Both the position numbers and the translations under genes were made by a program. Of a stretch of 64,000 bases of DNA, positions 62,601 to 64,000 are shown piece by piece. Every line of letters begins with the position of its first letter. Within the stretch, counting starts at the first letter, position 1. The notes beneath the pieces were generated by a model. The model was not told the DNA's origin. It saw nothing but the letters and a program-made list of their open reading frames with translations, and made no database searches. The stretch comes from Candidatus Thalassarchaeaceae archaeon (GTDB taxonomy: Archaea > Thermoplasmatota > Poseidoniia > Poseidoniales > Thalassarchaeaceae): assembly GCA_029250605.1 (NCBI GenBank), contig JAQXEZ010000016.1:68272-132271 (forward strand), read 5' to 3'.

Positions 62601-64000
62601 ACGGTTCCTGCAGGGACAGAGAGCCTGGGTTCTGAACCAAACACATTCGCCCTGTTCACCCTATCAGTCAAGAATATTGGAAACGGACCAACCGAATACA
62701 GCATTTCTTGCGAGACATCCGACCGTTGGATCATTCATGTTGGAAGTAGCCAAACTTCTGAAATCACGATCGGCCCCCTAAGTCGACTCCAATTCGTACC
62801 AGTCCAAATTAGGATCAAAGTTCCACCCGCATCTTCTGGTTTGTCTTCGGGCGATACAAACCTAGTCACATGCGTGACTACCTCTGTGAACGACCCTACT
62901 CTATTCACAACCGAGACCGCCGTAGTTGAAGTCCTAGAAAGCACAGAGTTCACTACTCAAATCTCAGACTCTGCTGGCTCCAATTTCGGCCCAGTAGCTA
63001 TATCAGAATCCAGAGCGGTACTGAATGGAGAAACCGTAACCACGGTCTTATCTATTTCGAATAGGGGGAACATCCCTCTAGATTTTCATGTTCGCGCACT
63101 GTCCTCAAGCAATACTTGGCCGATTCAAGTATACCTTTTCGATGAAGAACCCCCCTCTGGAGAGGAAACAAACGTCGAATTAGAAGTAGAACCCGGCGAT
63201 GAATCGAAGGTGATTATTCGCACCATAGTTCCCCTTGCAGCTGAGAAGGGCGATAGAAACACAATCACGATCAAGACTACATTGGGCGACACAATCGTAA
63301 CAAATGCCACAGTGCTGGAAGTAAGAGAAATTACCACTCTAGATGTGCAGAGCGAAGAAGGATTCTCCATCGCCCTAGGCCAAGATGGCAACTCTGATAT
63401 TTTCCTACATAATTCAGGAAATGTCCCCCTGTTAATTGACCTCACAATGGGTACCCTTCCAGAAGGATGGTCTGGTGGCTTCTTGACCGGAAAAACATTC
63501 ACAATGGACATGAATAGGGACTCTGTCATCACCATAGGCCTTCAACTTCCCAGTGGAACCCCAGTTGGTGCTCTGTTGGATAAGGTCCCCATCATTATCG
63601 AGTCAACATCTCCAAGCATGTCCAAGGAAACAATTACCATAGAGATGGATGTATCAGTTCTGCCATCCGTGTGGATAGATGTCCAGGCTGACTCTGGAAA
63701 CTTGCAGGGTGTTCCCGAGGGTGAAGAGTCAACGTTCACTCTGGAAGTTCATAATTTGGGAAATTCTCCTTCCGGTGTGCAGTTATATTTCGACGAATTG
63801 GACGGGTGGACCATTACATTCGAACCCTCTGTAATCGAAGAACTAGGTTCCGGAGAGCACGTGGAAATCACGGTAACAGTCAAACCACGAAAATCTGCTG
63901 ATAACGGTCTCAATCAACTACTAATTTTTGCAAACTCAACATCCGAGGAGGGGCAAGTCACGGTCACCCAGTCTTCATTGACTATCGATATCAGCAAGGA
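59661..64000 (+). CDS. Giant secreted subtilisin/kexin-like S8 protease with P-domain-like and CARDB-like modules, 3'-partial (runs off the window)
   Basis: Not in the supplied ORF track because there is no in-window stop. I translated this frame from the ATG at 59661 and checked most of it by hand: about 59661-61260 around the start, about 61200-62160, and line by line over 62100-64000. No stop was found in those stretches. Signal peptide MTTTKSVCSVIALFLLSTFAHS. Asp GITDTGLDTDHGD, His GHGTHVTSTLLG, Ser NGSSMATPVVAGA. P-domain-like VTLAWNDMEG...NNLDLVVISPTGEEY...GTWSIQVGH. CARDB-like GDTISMQLSWINQ...ELNDENSGTNNN. Confidence 0.88.
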   Translation, partial: MTTTKSVCSVIALFLLSTFAHSFSLEPSFEEKSFSQSSDVSNEKNWAMFENPISSDYQISESSGKIHTPFGISDPLVEDLPLGPWQIIGLQRPYDSRLHIVQSISSDLFGLENDLTSIGIEIIDHIPDDSVVISLSEENTDAGISRVQNLSQVRWAGPMPSMWKISNSLVTLMQFEDPLIDLDVTPSPTNSPEDHTDLNELIHSFEGIQYESYQCDSHLCQIKSAKPSLIISLASDHRVTRVDPGPVLSIQNSNATIISGADFARTISGVNLTGSGEVIGITDTGLDTDHGDFDGRLRSPVFNLFGADTSGADSNSGHGTHVTSTLLGDGSGDSNSTGIVPQATFNFYQLEIDSSGILARWGSLYEMFEHSLMNDANIHTNSWGSENLVGDYTSDSRSIDWFTNDYPEFLVIFSAGDMGVSGVTSPSTAKNALSVGASTTGAFGSEPIGQVFNESSSGPTSDGRIKPDLVAPGVMICSARAQEADLATGGDCSNSMHSDGSTPMYMTLNGSSMATPVVAGASAMAREFLRTEVGIENPQSALIRALLVNGAEDIGEQDVPNSREGWGQLNISNSLFPKSNGENLSVFYDQERQLMPGHSFIYTFEVSGGNGIDVTLAWNDMEGSASADQNASRLVNNLDLVVISPTGEEYKGNHFANGISQTSGPSDQLNNLERVRLPSSQSGTWSIQVGHAGGFAQDFSLVLSADAEERQEADLTVVPNSIFSSENSPLKGDTISMQLSWINQAAASSGNYSISIQDITDGTAIGTYSMPSLVGGGIKTFSIYHSFPTTGTHIVRLTLDHFSEVVELNDENSGTNNNVFDLELDVTEIGVRVTPLMADGSHPSDFQELKSAKSQNIDPSLVSWAEFQLELLNEGTSEITVELSTSAVQIIDESGIMNTPQDEWSRSLSEAGPWVLSPFGDEGDRVVISLNLTDEDADIESRFALPGLFVSEITLRDKMSPTIFHSIRLSVDIDRVEGLFTVPAGTESLGSEPNTFALFTLSVKNIGNGPTEYSISCETSDRWIIHVGSSQTSEITIGPLSRLQFVPVQIRIKVPPASSGLSSGDTNLVTCVTTSVNDPTLFTTETAVVEVLESTEFTTQISDSAGSNFGPVAISESRAVLNGETVTTVLSISNRGNIPLDFHVRALSSSNTWPIQVYLFDEEPPSGEETNVELEVEPGDESKVIIRTIVPLAAEKGDRNTITIKTTLGDTIVTNATVLEVREITTLDVQSEEGFSIALGQDGNSDIFLHNSGNVPLLIDLTMGTLPEGWSGGFLTGKTFTMDMNRDSVITIGLQLPSGTPVGALLDKVPIIIESTSPSMSKETITIEMDVSVLPSVWIDVQADSGNLQGVPEGEESTFTLEVHNLGNSPSGVQLYFDELDGWTITFEPSVIEELGSGEHVEITVTVKPRKSADNGLNQLLIFANSTSEEGQVTVTQSSLTIDISK

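Overview
This window reads as an archaeal chromosomal segment. By inference it comes from an uncultured marine Thermoplasmatota (MGII/MGIII-like) lineage. The archaeal markers are CDP-archaeol synthase, AglB/STT3, type II GAPDH, archaeosine synthase, archaeal-type GluRS and PheT, ribosomal protein S15 and XPD. I count about 35 protein genes at high coding density. I saw no rRNA, tRNA, CRISPR array, transposase or integrase by eye.

Ordinary housekeeping genes (xpd, gdhA, carS, purD, pcp, dnaJ, arcS, rps15, gltX, rnhB, pheT, gap) are interleaved with five giant secreted or membrane-anchored proteins. By my coordinates these five take up roughly half of the window:
- a 5'-truncated TSP3 / transglutaminase-like / DUF4129 protein, open to the window start
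- a 3,309-aa protein with an AglB oligosaccharyltransferase core (WWDYG) between about 10 extra N-terminal TM segments and an extracellular extension of more than 2,000 aa
- a 1,420-aa beta-helix / Ig-like protein
- a 1,903-aa thrombospondin-type-3 repeat protein
- a 3'-truncated S8 protease of more than 1,446 aa with P-domain-like and CARDB-like modules, which is absent from the supplied ORF track

The best candidate for a new system is the co-directional aglB-giant / S8 protease / beta-helix adhesin module. It sits within an ECM-like toolkit of Ca-binding TSP3 repeats, a transglutaminase fold, a convertase-like protease and very high N-X-S/T sequon density.

Other notable points:
- pheT appears to start at ATT behind a strong Shine-Dalgarno sequence.
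- An orphan GXGXG-domain fusion protein sits in front of pheT.
- An apparently inactivated DHH/RecJ-like gene follows rps15.
- A wHTH-STAND-TPR NTPase is convergent with an MBL hydrolase.
- A CopG/RHH gene has tandem 11-nt operator-like repeats upstream.
- A GC-rich stretch with two perfect hairpins could be either a 64-aa basic ORF or a structured RNA.

All domain calls come from motif recognition by eye. No searches were run.
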